A stretch of DNA of 64,000 nt from NCBI GenBank assembly GCA_964450305.1, contig CAYVFB010000008.1, forward strand, positions 3,884 to 67,883. The letters run 5' to 3'. The position numbers and the translations under genes are program-made. Shown here piece by piece: positions 1-9,705 of this stretch (within the stretch, counting starts at the first letter, position 1; each line of letters begins with the position of its first letter). This DNA is from an uncultured Ruminiclostridium sp. Lineage in GTDB: Bacteria; Bacillota; Clostridia; DSM-8532. The notes beneath the pieces were generated by a model, which ran no database searches, was not told the DNA's origin, and was given only the letters and a program-made list of their open reading frames with translations.

Positions 1-2
1 AC

Positions 3-131
3 GCAAAGAAAAATGCGCGTGAAATCCGTTTGGGTACCAGAGAGTATGCCGACAACATCCTGAACAAGGTGGAAGAAATTCTGGAGGATACGCTGGATGT
101 CATCAAGGTGAACCGCAATGAATTGAAATGA
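3..131 (+). CDS. 3' end of a gene entering from upstream; charged coiled-coil hypothetical protein (...AKKNAREIRLGTREYADNILNKVEEILEDTLDVIKVNRNELK)
   Basis: Frame 3 is open from the window edge to TGA at 129-131. It is absent from the ORF track because it has no start in the window. Product not recognised. Confidence 0.4.
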   Translation, partial: AKKNAREIRLGTREYADNILNKVEEILEDTLDVIKVNRNELK

Positions 132-132
132 T

Positions 133-1269
133 TCACTCCCGGCTTTTTCGGGACGGTTGCTTGTAAATCAGGATGATCATACAGGCAATCAGCGCAACGA
201 TATATACCAATATCAGTATTTTAACGAGCACCTCTCCAAAATGAACAGAAGCACTTGTCATGACAGGGATGGCTTCGTTCGCAAGAAAAAGGCCCGTATA
301 AACCAGAGCCAGCGCTCCGTGGACCAGCTTTCCCCAAAAGTATTCTTTCAGCTTTAAATCTGCCGGGCAGAGGCCTGCTACCTGTGTATGCACCGAGAAG
401 CCCCCAAACCCGCAAAGAAATGACGTTAACAAAGCTTTCAGATAACGCGGTATTCCGGCGGATGTGCTTAATAAATACAGTCCGTAAGTGACTTCAAGGC
501 TTCCCGCCACAAACACCTTCACACCTTCCGCCAGTACATTGATCTGACGGGGTGCGGGCAAATTGCCGAAAACCAGGAAAAGTCCTGCTGTTTCAAGGAT
601 CTGAACCAATACTGCAAAAAATATGATGGTTCCACAAATCTGCAGCAACACCTTTATTGCGTCAAGTATTGCATCGGTGAGCATATGGCCGTTTATGGCC
701 ACCCTCGTTTCAACGTTGATATTCTTTATTGCTTCCTTACCATACCCGTGCAGCCTGGAAATCAGTCCATAAACGATTCCAACGCTGATACTGGCTAAAA
801 GGTGGCAAACCAGAAACACAATGCCCAGCCTGGGGCTGTTAAAAAAGCCTGTTCCCACTGACCCCACAATAAACAAAGGCCCTGAATTGTTACAGAAAGC
901 GAGAAGCCGCTGGGCTTCATCTTTTGTCAGCAGTCCGTTTTCATACAGATCCGCTGTATATTTAGCACCAGCCGGATAACCGCTGAACCATCCGGTTATC
1001 AGCGGAAAGGCAGCCTGTCCCGGAAGATTGAAGAGGGGCTTGATGAGGGGCTTGAAAAGTCGGCTTATGGCGTGGATGGCACCTGTTTTCAATATCAGCC
1101 TTGATACCACAAAGAACGGAAGCAATGAAGGAATGATGATATTCAGGCATAGATCCACTGCTTTCTTACCGGAGATCAGCACATTTTCGGGATCAATCAG
1201 CAATAGCGCGAAGAAACCCAACAAAAGTCCAGCCATCAAGTATGTACGTGCGCTCTTTATTTTTACCAT
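133..1269 (-). CDS. ylbJ: Sporulation integral membrane protein YlbJ (nucleoside-recognition-domain membrane protein)
   Basis: ORF 133..1380. Polytopic membrane protein with YlbJ-like stretches (IIPSLLPFFV, GWFSGYPAGAKYT, AFCNNSGPLFIVG). I place the start at internal ATG 1269 (MVKIKSARTY), which precedes the first TM segment. Confidence 0.75.
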   Translation of the reverse strand: MVKIKSARTYLMAGLLLGFFALLLIDPENVLISGKKAVDLCLNIIIPSLLPFFVVSRLILKTGAIHAISRLFKPLIKPLFNLPGQAAFPLITGWFSGYPAGAKYTADLYENGLLTKDEAQRLLAFCNNSGPLFIVGSVGTGFFNSPRLGIVFLVCHLLASISVGIVYGLISRLHGYGKEAIKNINVETRVAINGHMLTDAILDAIKVLLQICGTIIFFAVLVQILETAGLFLVFGNLPAPRQINVLAEGVKVFVAGSLEVTYGLYLLSTSAGIPRYLKALLTSFLCGFGGFSVHTQVAGLCPADLKLKEYFWGKLVHGALALVYTGLFLANEAIPVMTSASVHFGEVLVKILILVYIVALIACMIILIYKQPSRKSRE

Positions 1270-1542
1270 AGCATTTCTCCCGAATGGATTAGATTTCCGC
1301 AAAACAAAGCAACAGCTTGTTCCCGATATATTACTATATGGCGGCGAATAGAATATAATAACCACAGCGGTTGCAGCCACCCCGTTGTTTTTTCACACGC
1401 CGCAGTATGCATCACAACTGCGATATGATATAATAAAGGACATGTTGGCAGTAATTGCTGCCTGAAAAGTGCTGTCCGGTAATGACCGCATACTCTTGAA
1501 ATTCATAAGGCCGTTTGCGGTTACGGTAGAATGGAGGTTGTC

Positions 1543-2007
1543 ATGTCTGAACCAAAGAACGCAAATAAGGCGCCTAATCAGCCTGAACAGGCGAAAGAGC
1601 AATTTATTACCGAACGGGAAGAAATGGGCGAAATCCGCATTTCCAGCGAGGTTGTATCGGTAATTGCCAGTAATGCGGCGATGGAGGTTGAAGGCATTGC
1701 AAGCCTTGGCGGGGGAATTGCCGGGAACATTTCCCAGGTTCTCGGAAGAAAAAACCCATTTCGGGGAATTAAAGTAGAGGTCACTGAAAACCGCGAGGTA
1801 AACCTGGATCTGCACATTGTTGTGGAATACGGGGCACGCATTCCGGATGTCGCCTGGAAGATCCAGGAGCGCATCAAGCATAATGTAGAATTGATGACCG
1901 GGCTTCATGTGCTGGAAATCAATATTCATGTGCAGGGGGTCAGCTTCGAAAAGGAACCAAAAAAATTTGAGCCTGCGGGGCCTGCCGGGGAGATGAATCA
2001 GGAATAA
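1543..2007 (+). CDS. Asp23/Gls24-family alkaline shock/envelope stress protein
   Basis: ORF 1531..2007. Asp23-type sequence (ISSEVVSVIASNAAMEVEGIASL, VEVTENREVNLDLHIVVEYG). GGAGG at 1534-1538 favours ATG 1543. Confidence 0.85.
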   Translation: MSEPKNANKAPNQPEQAKEQFITEREEMGEIRISSEVVSVIASNAAMEVEGIASLGGGIAGNISQVLGRKNPFRGIKVEVTENREVNLDLHIVVEYGARIPDVAWKIQERIKHNVELMTGLHVLEINIHVQGVSFEKEPKKFEPAGPAGEMNQE

Positions 2008-2019
2008 AGCGGGGGAGAT

Positions 2020-2901
2020 ATGTTCGGATACATCACGCCGGATAAGCCGGAACTGAAAATGTGGGAGTATGAAGTGTTCCGGGCCTATTATTGCGGTGTT
2101 TGCAAGGCCATTGCAAAACAGGCCGGACATCTCGGCCGGGTCATTTTAAGCTATGATACGGCTTTTTTGGCATTGCTTCTGGATTCTCTGCAGCCGGAGC
2201 CTATTCAGGGCGCCCGGAAAAGGTGCTTTGTACACCCTGTGAAAAAGAGGCTGATGATAACCGGTAATGCAGCTGTAGGGTATGCATCAGACATAAATAT
2301 TCTGCTTGCGTATTATAACCTGAGGGATAAATGGCAGGATGAGAAAAATCTGGTCGGGCCTGCCGGCATGCTGGTATTGCGCAAAGGCTTCAATCGTGTG
2401 AAAAAGAAATACCCCAAGCTTGCTCAGGATATTCACAATGAATTGGTGAGCCTTCAAAAGCTGGAGCAACAAAAATGTGAGCAGATTGATGAAGCAAGCG
2501 AGCCCTTTGCCGGGATCATGAAAAGTATTTTTGGCTTTTATGCCAAAGACACAGTTGCGAAGGAAGCGTTGGAATGGATAGGCTTTAATCTTGGCAAATG
2601 GGTTTATTTGTTGGATGCATATGACGATATTGAGGATAATATAAAAAGCGGATCCTACAATCCGTTACTAACGCAATTCCAATATGAAAAAAAGGAAGAT
2701 ATTCAATCCTTCAAAAACAGGATCAGGGAGAAAACAGAGTTTATTCTGGTCTATTCGCTCAGCGAAATGGAAAAAGCCTTCTCCTTGCTGGAGCCTCAAA
2801 AGAATCAGGGAATATTGGAAAATATTGTTTATCAGGGGCTTCTGGTGAGGACCAGGAGTGTGTTGAAGATAGGAGCAGGTTGTCATGAGAAATCCATATG
2901 A
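2020..2901 (+). CDS. DUF5685-like protein ([13 protein letters not shown]...[10 protein letters not shown]-terminus)
   Basis: 293-aa ORF with RBS GGGGGAG upstream. The N-terminal motif is recalled from the DUF5685 family. It overlaps the next gene by 17 nt. Confidence 0.6.
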   Translation: MFGYITPDKPELKMWEYEVFRAYYCGVCKAIAKQAGHLGRVILSYDTAFLALLLDSLQPEPIQGARKRCFVHPVKKRLMITGNAAVGYASDINILLAYYNLRDKWQDEKNLVGPAGMLVLRKGFNRVKKKYPKLAQDIHNELVSLQKLEQQKCEQIDEASEPFAGIMKSIFGFYAKDTVAKEALEWIGFNLGKWVYLLDAYDDIEDNIKSGSYNPLLTQFQYEKKEDIQSFKNRIREKTEFILVYSLSEMEKAFSLLEPQKNQGILENIVYQGLLVRTRSVLKIGAGCHEKSI

Positions 2902-3646
2902 AGTACTGGGATTGAAAGATGGTGCAAGTTTAGAGGAAATTAAAAAGGCCTACCGGGATCTCGTCAAGAAATATCATCCCGACAGGTATATGGATAATCC
3001 TCTTTCAGATTTGGCTGAAGAAAAGCTTCGTGAAGTGAATGAGGCTTATGATACGTTGATCAAAAACGCCGGGAACTCGTATTCCCAGCAAAGTTCCTAT
3101 CAACAGCAGCGCCAACAGCAACAGCGTCAGCAGCAACAACGCCAGCAGCAACAGCAACAACGTCAACAGCAACAACAGCAACAACAGCAGCAACAGCAGC
3201 AACAGCAATATCAGTACCAGCAGCAGCAGAGGCAAAACACCGGTCCGCAAACGAACTATAGTTATGCCGATGAAAACGAAAAGTATTATCAGATAAAAAT
3301 GATGATCCAGAATGGGAATTTTTATCAAGCCCAGCAAATGCTCGATTCAATCCAAAACAAGGGCGCTCAGTGGAATTATCTGCAGGGGTTGCTGTTTTTA
3401 AGACGCGGCTGGTATGACAGAGCCAATGTGCTTTTACGCAAAGCGGCTGAAATGGAACCAAACAACATGGAATATCGAGATACGTTAAGCCGTGTAAACA
3501 ACCAGTACAAAGGGTACCAGCACAATCCCCAGTTCTACAGAGGCGGGTATCGCCGGGATCCTGACATGTGCCAGATATGCAGTACTCTTTGGTGTGCCGA
3601 CAGTCTGTGTGAATGCTGCGGTGGCGACTTAATCGGCTGCTGTTAG
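2885..3646 (+). CDS. J-domain (DnaJ-like) protein with a polyglutamine tract, a TPR-like segment and a Cys-rich C-terminal tail
   Basis: N-terminus [31 protein letters not shown] with the HPD motif. About 45-residue Q/R-rich tract. Tail [25 protein letters not shown]. Confidence 0.85.
   Translation: MRNPYEVLGLKDGASLEEIKKAYRDLVKKYHPDRYMDNPLSDLAEEKLREVNEAYDTLIKNAGNSYSQQSSYQQQRQQQQRQQQQRQQQQQQRQQQQQQQQQQQQQQQYQYQQQQRQNTGPQTNYSYADENEKYYQIKMMIQNGNFYQAQQMLDSIQNKGAQWNYLQGLLFLRRGWYDRANVLLRKAAEMEPNNMEYRDTLSRVNNQYKGYQHNPQFYRGGYRRDPDMCQICSTLWCADSLCECCGGDLIGCC
3101..3231 (+). repeat. Imperfect CAG/CAA (with CGY interruptions) trinucleotide repeat encoding the polyQ tract
   Basis: Direct reading shows caacagcagcgccaacagcaacagcgtcagcagcaacaacgccagcag...cagcagcagcaga. 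Confidence 0.9.
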
Positions 3647-3740
3647 CCAGGTTCCGGGGAAGGCTCTTGCCTCAAAGCTGTATCCATTGCAACTTTGTAA
3701 TCCCGGACTGGAATGAACTAATGGTTCGCATGGGAGAAGC

Positions 3741-4289
3741 ATGGATAAATCGAGCAAACCTAATTCAAAAAAAATAGCACTTGCAGGAATATTAACCGCC
3801 TTGGGGGCGGCAGCACTTTTCCTTGAAAACCTTATTCCCACCGGGAAGCTGGGCTTTTATGTTCTTGCCGGCTTCATTCTTTCAGTGGTGATCATGGAAT
3901 GCGGCTTTTCCTTTGGGTGGCTCAGTTATGTGGCGGTCAGCATTATTGCTTTCCTCCTGGTGCCTGAAAAAACCGCAGTGCTCCCCTATGTTCTGTTTTT
4001 CGGTATTTATTCCCTGGTGAAAAGTCATATCGAGCAAGTCAACAAGCTCATCGTCGAGTGGGTGCTGAAATTCACGTTTTTTAACTTATCTTTGTTCATC
4101 ATGTGGAAAATTGCTGAACAACTGTTGGAACTGATTCCTCCAAAGCTTGTTCAGTCTCTTCCTGCCTATGGGTTGGTGCTTGTCCTCCAGGCAGCCTTCT
4201 TTGCCTTTGATTGGATTTTTACCTTCTGGACTCAGTATTACCTGAAAAAAATTTCTACCAAGATTCACAGTACAGATTCCGTACTATAG
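3741..4289 (+). CDS. Small polytopic membrane protein (ECF S-component-like; family uncertain)
   Basis: 182-aa ORF with RBS GGGAGAAG upstream and about 5 hydrophobic helices. Family not firmly recognised. Confidence 0.6.
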   Translation: MDKSSKPNSKKIALAGILTALGAAALFLENLIPTGKLGFYVLAGFILSVVIMECGFSFGWLSYVAVSIIAFLLVPEKTAVLPYVLFFGIYSLVKSHIEQVNKLIVEWVLKFTFFNLSLFIMWKIAEQLLELIPPKLVQSLPAYGLVLVLQAAFFAFDWIFTFWTQYYLKKISTKIHSTDSVL

Positions 4290-4298
4290 CACTATTTC

Positions 4299-4484
4299 TA
4301 TGGCAAGCCAGTTTTTCTGCCCCCATAGCAAAGTTTCCTGCTCTGTACCACAGTTTCAGCCGTCATAACATAGCTTCCCGCTCCGTACCCCAGTTTCTGC
4401 CCCATACCGAAGCTTCCTCTTTCAGCACCCCAGTTTCTGCCACCATTGCAAAGCTTCCCCCTTTAGCGCCAGTCTCATTGCTCT
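4299..4484. repeat. Degenerate 40-bp tandem repeat, about 4.6 copies, intergenic
   Basis: Units start at 4325, 4365, 4405 and 4445, with a partial unit at 4299. Recurring cores are CCAGTTTCTGCC and AAGCTTCC/AAGTTTCC. Confidence 0.85.
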
Positions 4485-4618
4485 AGAACCATGTTAAGTT
4501 AACATAACATTTCCGTTAAGAGTTTTGTATTTCCGTTACAGTTCCATGAATACGCTTGTATTCCCGAATAAATTATGTAAACATAGAACTGTCACTATCT
4601 GTACAGGAGGCAACTGTA

Positions 4619-5674
4619 GTGCTGAAAAAGGGCTTTATCCTCTTATTTTTGATGATCTTATTTTGCGGAGCGCTTCCAATTTCAGCAACGGACTATGATG
4701 GAAATATCCCCTATGATGCCCGTTTATGGGTAGACAACCAGCTTGTGGAAACCGAATCAGGTTTCCTTACACAAAAAGGAAACATGCTGGTTCCCGTTTC
4801 AACTGTTGAAAGGATGGGTGCATCCTTCCAATGGGATCCGGAAGAATGGATGATTCGTATTACATCTGAAAACCGGAGACTGGTCATGTATGTGAACAAT
4901 TTTCAATGCGCCAATGGTACGAAGGTAGAAAAAATGCCTGCGCAGCCAACATTGCTTCAGGGTACAGTCATGATCCCCCTGAGATATGTCGCTGAGAATT
5001 TGGGAGCAGCAGTCCTTTGGGGCGGAAAAGACATTTATGTTTCAACAACAGGAGAACTCCCTGTTGTTGGGCAGCAAAACCCGGACGCACAAGAGACAAA
5101 CACAGAGAAAGCCTTACCAATGAAAAAGACGATTGTGTTGGATCCGGGGCATGGGGGCAGCAACCCCGGCGCTGTGGCCGGAAAGGTTCAGGAAAAGGAT
5201 TTAAACCTGAAGGTTTCCAAAATTCTGAAGGGCATGCTGGAAGAGGCTGGATTGACCGTCTACATGACTCGTTCAGAAGACAAAGATGTAGGTTTATACA
5301 CCAGGGTGGATATTGCAAATTATCTGAATGCAGACTTGTTTGTCAGTATTCATCACAATGCCTCACCAGACACAGCAGCCCAGGGCTTGATGACCCTGTA
5401 TTATCCATCATCGTCATCGTATCAAAAGATGAATGGCCAGAAACTGGCGCAAATCGTACAAAAGAATTTGGTAAGGGAACTAAAGACAAAGGACTGGGGG
5501 ATTTTCCCCAGACCCAACCTGGTCGTCACCAGACAGACAAAAATGCCTGCGGTCATTACCGAACTTGGCTTTATGACCAATAAAGCCGAGCTGGAGAAGT
5601 TGGTTACATATCAGTTTCAAAAGCAAGCGGCGCAGGCCCTGTATGCAAGTATAGTTGAAGCGCTTACGCAATAG
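4619..5674 (+). CDS. N-acetylmuramoyl-L-alanine amidase (Amidase_3) with an N-terminal copper-amine-oxidase-like stalk domain
   Basis: The catalytic region reads VLDPGHGGSNPGA...DLFVSIHHNA...ELGFMTN. GGAGG at 4606-4610 favours GTG 4619 and gives a signal-peptide-like N-terminus. Confidence 0.85.
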   Translation: MLKKGFILLFLMILFCGALPISATDYDGNIPYDARLWVDNQLVETESGFLTQKGNMLVPVSTVERMGASFQWDPEEWMIRITSENRRLVMYVNNFQCANGTKVEKMPAQPTLLQGTVMIPLRYVAENLGAAVLWGGKDIYVSTTGELPVVGQQNPDAQETNTEKALPMKKTIVLDPGHGGSNPGAVAGKVQEKDLNLKVSKILKGMLEEAGLTVYMTRSEDKDVGLYTRVDIANYLNADLFVSIHHNASPDTAAQGLMTLYYPSSSSYQKMNGQKLAQIVQKNLVRELKTKDWGIFPRPNLVVTRQTKMPAVITELGFMTNKAELEKLVTYQFQKQAAQALYASIVEALTQ

Positions 5675-5698
5675 ACGGGCAAAAGCCCGTTTTTTTTT
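5675..5698 (+). terminator. Rho-independent terminator after the amidase gene
   Basis: ACGGGC-AAAA-GCCCGT stem-loop followed by T8. Confidence 0.8.
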
Positions 5699-5728
5699 GC
5701 TCAAATTTGATTTCTCTGCAAAAACGCG

Positions 5729-5865
5729 ATGATATTCGAATGTGGTGGAATCAATGAATAAAAGAATGTTATTACCAGAGATGATATCCGAGTGAATGTG
5801 GTGGAATCAATGAATAAAAGAATGTTATATCCAGAAATGATACTCGAGTAAATGTAGTGAAATCC
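5729..5865. repeat. 52-56-bp tandem repeat, about 2.5 copies, upstream of mutS2
   Basis: Unit 1 is 5729-5780, unit 2 is 5781-5836 and a partial unit 3 is 5837-5865. Shared core: GAATGTGGTGGAATCAATGAATAAAAGAATGTTAT. Confidence 0.85.
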
Positions 5866-6113
5866 TTCCAATAAATAAAGGACTTTCTACCACTAAAAAC
5901 AGCGGATAAAGCTTTAGCATGGAGAAAAAACAATTATACACAAAGAGTGCGTCTGTGTTTGTGTTGCTTAAGCTTTCCCGCAGTGATACCGGTATGATAT
6001 AATGTGTAAGCAGTTATTAAGCGAATTCCAGTAAAGCTTTGGCTTATTCCACGAATATCCGGTTCAGGGCTGAAGCTGTAGCAAGTTTAAATGATAGAAC
6101 GGAAGGTTTTGAA

Positions 6114-8495
6114 ATGACTGAAAAGGTTCTCCGGGTTCTTGAATATGATAAAATCACCGAAAGGCTGGCTGAAAGGGCATCCAGCCAGCTGGGCAAGGAA
6201 CTGGCATCTGCTTTGGTGCCATTTACACGGCTTGAACAGGTTCAATCCGAACAGAAGGAAACCACGGATGCGGTTACCTGTATATTAAGGAAGGGTTCAC
6301 CGCCATTAGGGGGCATTCATGATATCCGATCACAAATACGCCGCGCGGAGGCCGGGGGAATACTGAACCCTGGGGAATTGCTGAAGATAGCCGATGTTCT
6401 GCGCGTATCAAGGCGATTGAAGGCCTATCTGACCGAAGATAAAATGGAGCTGGCCCAGACCAATGCTGTGGCCGTGCTGTGCGGCAGCCTTGGGACGAAC
6501 AGGACCCTGGAAGAAAGGCTGACACAATCAGTCGAGTCTGAGGATACCTTATCTGACTTTGCAAGCCCGCTACTGGCCTCTATCCGCAGAAGCATTCGTC
6601 GTGCGCAGGACTCCATCAAGGAAAAACTAAACCACATCATCCATTCGGCACAGAATAAAAAGTATATGCAGGATGCCGTGGTTACCCTCAGGGGGGATCG
6701 CTATGTCGTCCCTGTAAAGCAGGAGCACCGGAGCCAGATCCCCGGTCTGGTACATGATATGTCTTCCAGCGGGGCTACGCTGTTTGTTGAACCCATGGCA
6801 GTTGTTGAAGCGAACAACGAAATCCGTCAACTCAGAAGCAAGGAAGAGCAGGAAGTGGAGCGTATTCTGCTGGAACTGACCGCAGAGGTGGCAGAAATCG
6901 GTGGCATGCTGCAGGAAAACGCCGAACTGCTGGCAAGAATTGATTTTGCCTTTGCGAAAGCCCGGTTAAGCCTGGATATGAAAGCAACGGAACCAGTGCT
7001 CAACCGGGAGCGCCGCATTGTGATAAAAAGAGGCCGACATCCGCTGATTGACCCCAAATTGGTCGTTCCCATAGACATTGACCTGGGAGGCTCCTTTTCG
7101 ACGATGGTGATCACCGGCCCGAATACGGGCGGTAAAACTGTGACCCTGAAAACCACAGGCCTTTTTGTGCTGATGAGCCAGGCCGGGCTGCATATTCCAG
7201 CGGCTGACCAAAGTGAAATGGGCATATTCCGTCAGGTGTTCGCAGATATTGGCGACGAGCAGAGCATTGAACAAAGCCTCAGCACCTTTTCCTCCCATAT
7301 GACCAATATCGTTCAGATTCTGAAAAATGTAGACCAGGATTCACTGGTTCTGTTCGACGAGCTTGGTGCAGGGACCGACCCGACCGAGGGGGCAGCCCTT
7401 GCCACGGCCATCCTCGACACCCTGACCAAAAGGGAAATCAGGGCTATGGCAACCACCCATTACAGCGAATTAAAGCTGTATGCCATGTCCACAGAAGGGG
7501 TTCAGAATGCCTGCTGTGAGTTTAATGTGGAAACCCTTCGTCCCACATACCGGCTTCTGGTTGGAATACCGGGAAGAAGCAACGCCTTTGCCATCTCCAA
7601 AAGGCTGGGCCTGGGTGATGACATCATCGGTGAAGCCCGGAACTTTTTAAAGGGTGAGGACATCCAGTTCGAGGAGCTTCTTTCGGATATACAGAAAAAC
7701 CGTATGGCCGCTGAAAAGGAACGGGAGCAGGCCGAAAGGGATAAAAGAGAGATTGAGCGGCTGAAAGAGAGTTCTGAAGACGAAAAAAGGCGGACAGAAA
7801 ACGAAAAACAGGCCATTTTGAATAAAGCGAGGCAGGAAGCCAGAAGAGTACTGACCGAAGCAAAACGGGAAGCCGATGAAATCATGGAGCGGCTAAAGGA
7901 GCTTGAGAAAAACCACCAGCAAATGATCGAAAACCAGGAACTGATGGCCGTGAGGCAAAACATCCGCCAAAAGGTGGATGAGCTGGATCACCAGCTGGCG
8001 GAATCAGTGCTGCCGCGCAAAGGGTTTGCAAAGCCGCCCGAAAACCTGAAAGCCGGTGACACCGTCATGATTTTAAACCTGAACCAAAAAGGTATAGCAC
8101 TCGAAGCGCCCGACAAGGACGGTCAGGTGCAGATTCAGGCCGGCATTATGAAGATTAAGGTGCATGTTACCCAACTGCGTGCAGTGGATGAGCAGAAGGA
8201 ACTGACAGATACCATCCAAAGTGCGAGGGTAACCGGTGTTAAAACAGGCAGTGTGAAGCTCGAATTGGATATTCGGGGTCACAATATCGAGGAAGCCATG
8301 GTGAAGGTGGACAAGTACATCGATGAAGCCGTCATCGCAGGGCTTCATGAGGTGTCCATCATTCATGGCAAGGGAACCGGCGCACTGAGAAAGGGGATTC
8401 AGGATTTCCTGAAAACCCATGCCCATGTTGGGTCTTTCCGTATTGGCAAGTACGGAGAGGGTGAAACCGGTGTCACCATCGTTACCCTGAAATAG
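6114..8495 (+). CDS. mutS2: Endonuclease MutS2 (MutS domain V ATPase plus C-terminal Smr domain)
   Basis: Walker A ITGPNTGGKT, then DELGAGTDP and TTHY. Long charged coiled coil. Smr-like end (LDIRGHNIEEA...IIHGKGTGALR). ATG 6114 (MTEKVLRVLEYDKI) is the likely start. Confidence 0.9.
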   Translation: MTEKVLRVLEYDKITERLAERASSQLGKELASALVPFTRLEQVQSEQKETTDAVTCILRKGSPPLGGIHDIRSQIRRAEAGGILNPGELLKIADVLRVSRRLKAYLTEDKMELAQTNAVAVLCGSLGTNRTLEERLTQSVESEDTLSDFASPLLASIRRSIRRAQDSIKEKLNHIIHSAQNKKYMQDAVVTLRGDRYVVPVKQEHRSQIPGLVHDMSSSGATLFVEPMAVVEANNEIRQLRSKEEQEVERILLELTAEVAEIGGMLQENAELLARIDFAFAKARLSLDMKATEPVLNRERRIVIKRGRHPLIDPKLVVPIDIDLGGSFSTMVITGPNTGGKTVTLKTTGLFVLMSQAGLHIPAADQSEMGIFRQVFADIGDEQSIEQSLSTFSSHMTNIVQILKNVDQDSLVLFDELGAGTDPTEGAALATAILDTLTKREIRAMATTHYSELKLYAMSTEGVQNACCEFNVETLRPTYRLLVGIPGRSNAFAISKRLGLGDDIIGEARNFLKGEDIQFEELLSDIQKNRMAAEKEREQAERDKREIERLKESSEDEKRRTENEKQAILNKARQEARRVLTEAKREADEIMERLKELEKNHQQMIENQELMAVRQNIRQKVDELDHQLAESVLPRKGFAKPPENLKAGDTVMILNLNQKGIALEAPDKDGQVQIQAGIMKIKVHVTQLRAVDEQKELTDTIQSARVTGVKTGSVKLELDIRGHNIEEAMVKVDKYIDEAVIAGLHEVSIIHGKGTGALRKGIQDFLKTHAHVGSFRIGKYGEGETGVTIVTLK

Positions 8496-8654
8496 CTGTG
8501 TTGCCAGGGGGCATTCCGTGAGGAAAACCCCTGGCTTAAAGCTTGTCAGCAGGCATGGAGACCGTTCGGAAAAGCATATTTATTCATAAGACACTACTTT
8601 CCATGGCTTGAAACCCGCATAGTTCCGCTCATTTTTACATGCTTATTCGTGTAT

Positions 8655-9650
8655 CTACAGAGTCAACGGACTTTCCGAGCCGGCTCCTAGATAGACATAC
8701 TTTTTCATATTGTTCAGATTTTCAACCGTTTCACGATCCAGTATCAAATCGCAGCTTTTTATACCCTGCTCCAATTGCTGCTGGTTGCTGAAGGATACGA
8801 TGGGAACCGTTGCAAAGCTCTGATGCATCAGAAAAGCCAGTTCCAGTTCCGACAGACTGCAATTGAGGGAATGGGCTTTATGCGTCAATTCTGCAAATAT
8901 GCGCTCATTGGACGGGTTGGAATACCATCTGGCTGTTTGTGCCGGCATGGATTGACCTGTCGCCTTTTTTGTAAAATACCCTTTTGCCAAAGCAGTATAA
9001 GCCATTACATTCAGGCCTGTTTCACAATGGTGTTTATAGAACTCTCTATCCATCAGCACCAGTGTTTTATCACTGATATTGTATTCATTGATATCAGCCA
9101 GGCTGTACATGATCTGGTTGCAGACAAACCCCGGAAAATCTTGCCTGCGAACCTGTTGAATGCGGCTCGGGGGCCAGTTAGAACACCCGTAATAACGGAT
9201 CTTCCCATTCGCCCGGGCCTGTTCAAGAACACCCAGCAATTCCTCAGCAGGAATATCGGGATTATCCCGATGATAAAAATACAGGTCAATGTAATCGGTA
9301 TTCAAAAACTGCAGGCTTTCGTCCAGATCCTTCAGGATATCCTTTGGGGTAGCCCTGGAAACATGGAATTGCGCCAGGTCTGGATGCCCTCCTTTTGTAC
9401 TGATCACGATTTTGTGTCTTAGCCCTGATTTTTTCAGCCAGGCACCAATGATCCTTTCACTGATCCCTTTGGGGCCAGGAACCCAGTCACCGTAAATATG
9501 TGCGGTATCAATAAAATTTCCGCCATTATCCGTAAAAAAACTCATCTGGGATTCGGCGGTCCCTTCGTCGATGACCGTCCCAAAATTGACCGTCCCCAGG
9601 CTGATTTTCGATACCGTTAAAGAAGTATCTTTCAATAATACATTTTTCAT
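8655..9650 (-). CDS. Aldo/keto reductase family oxidoreductase
   Basis: 331-aa ORF with an AKR-like N-terminus (LGTVNFG...FIDTAHIYG) and YIDLYFYHRDNPD. Confidence 0.85.
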   Translation of the reverse strand: MKNVLLKDTSLTVSKISLGTVNFGTVIDEGTAESQMSFFTDNGGNFIDTAHIYGDWVPGPKGISERIIGAWLKKSGLRHKIVISTKGGHPDLAQFHVSRATPKDILKDLDESLQFLNTDYIDLYFYHRDNPDIPAEELLGVLEQARANGKIRYYGCSNWPPSRIQQVRRQDFPGFVCNQIMYSLADINEYNISDKTLVLMDREFYKHHCETGLNVMAYTALAKGYFTKKATGQSMPAQTARWYSNPSNERIFAELTHKAHSLNCSLSELELAFLMHQSFATVPIVSFSNQQQLEQGIKSCDLILDRETVENLNNMKKYVYLGAGSESPLTL

Positions 9651-9705
9651 GATTCCACCTGCTTCCTGTGAAGGTTATGTAACTGCATGACATATTATTA
9701 CCACC

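Noticed and set aside
1393-2130. 245-aa minus-strand ORF overlapping the Asp23 and DUF5685 genes
   Set aside because: It is antisense shadow of two well-supported plus-strand genes. It has no recognisable motifs and a low-complexity, odd composition.
3005-3461. Minus-strand polyLeu and polyAla/Val ORFs (110 and 133 aa)
   Set aside because: They are antisense readings of the CAG/CAA repeat in the J-domain gene.
4211-4486. 91-aa plus-strand ORF across the 40-bp repeats
   Set aside because: It is a translation of a degenerate tandem repeat. It overlaps the end of the membrane-protein gene out of frame and has no RBS.
4299-5865. Possibility that the tandem repeat arrays (4299-4484, 5729-5865, and also 59927-60036) are CRISPR arrays
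   Set aside because: The units are directly adjacent with no unique spacers. The copies are degenerate rather than conserved. No cas genes are present in the window.
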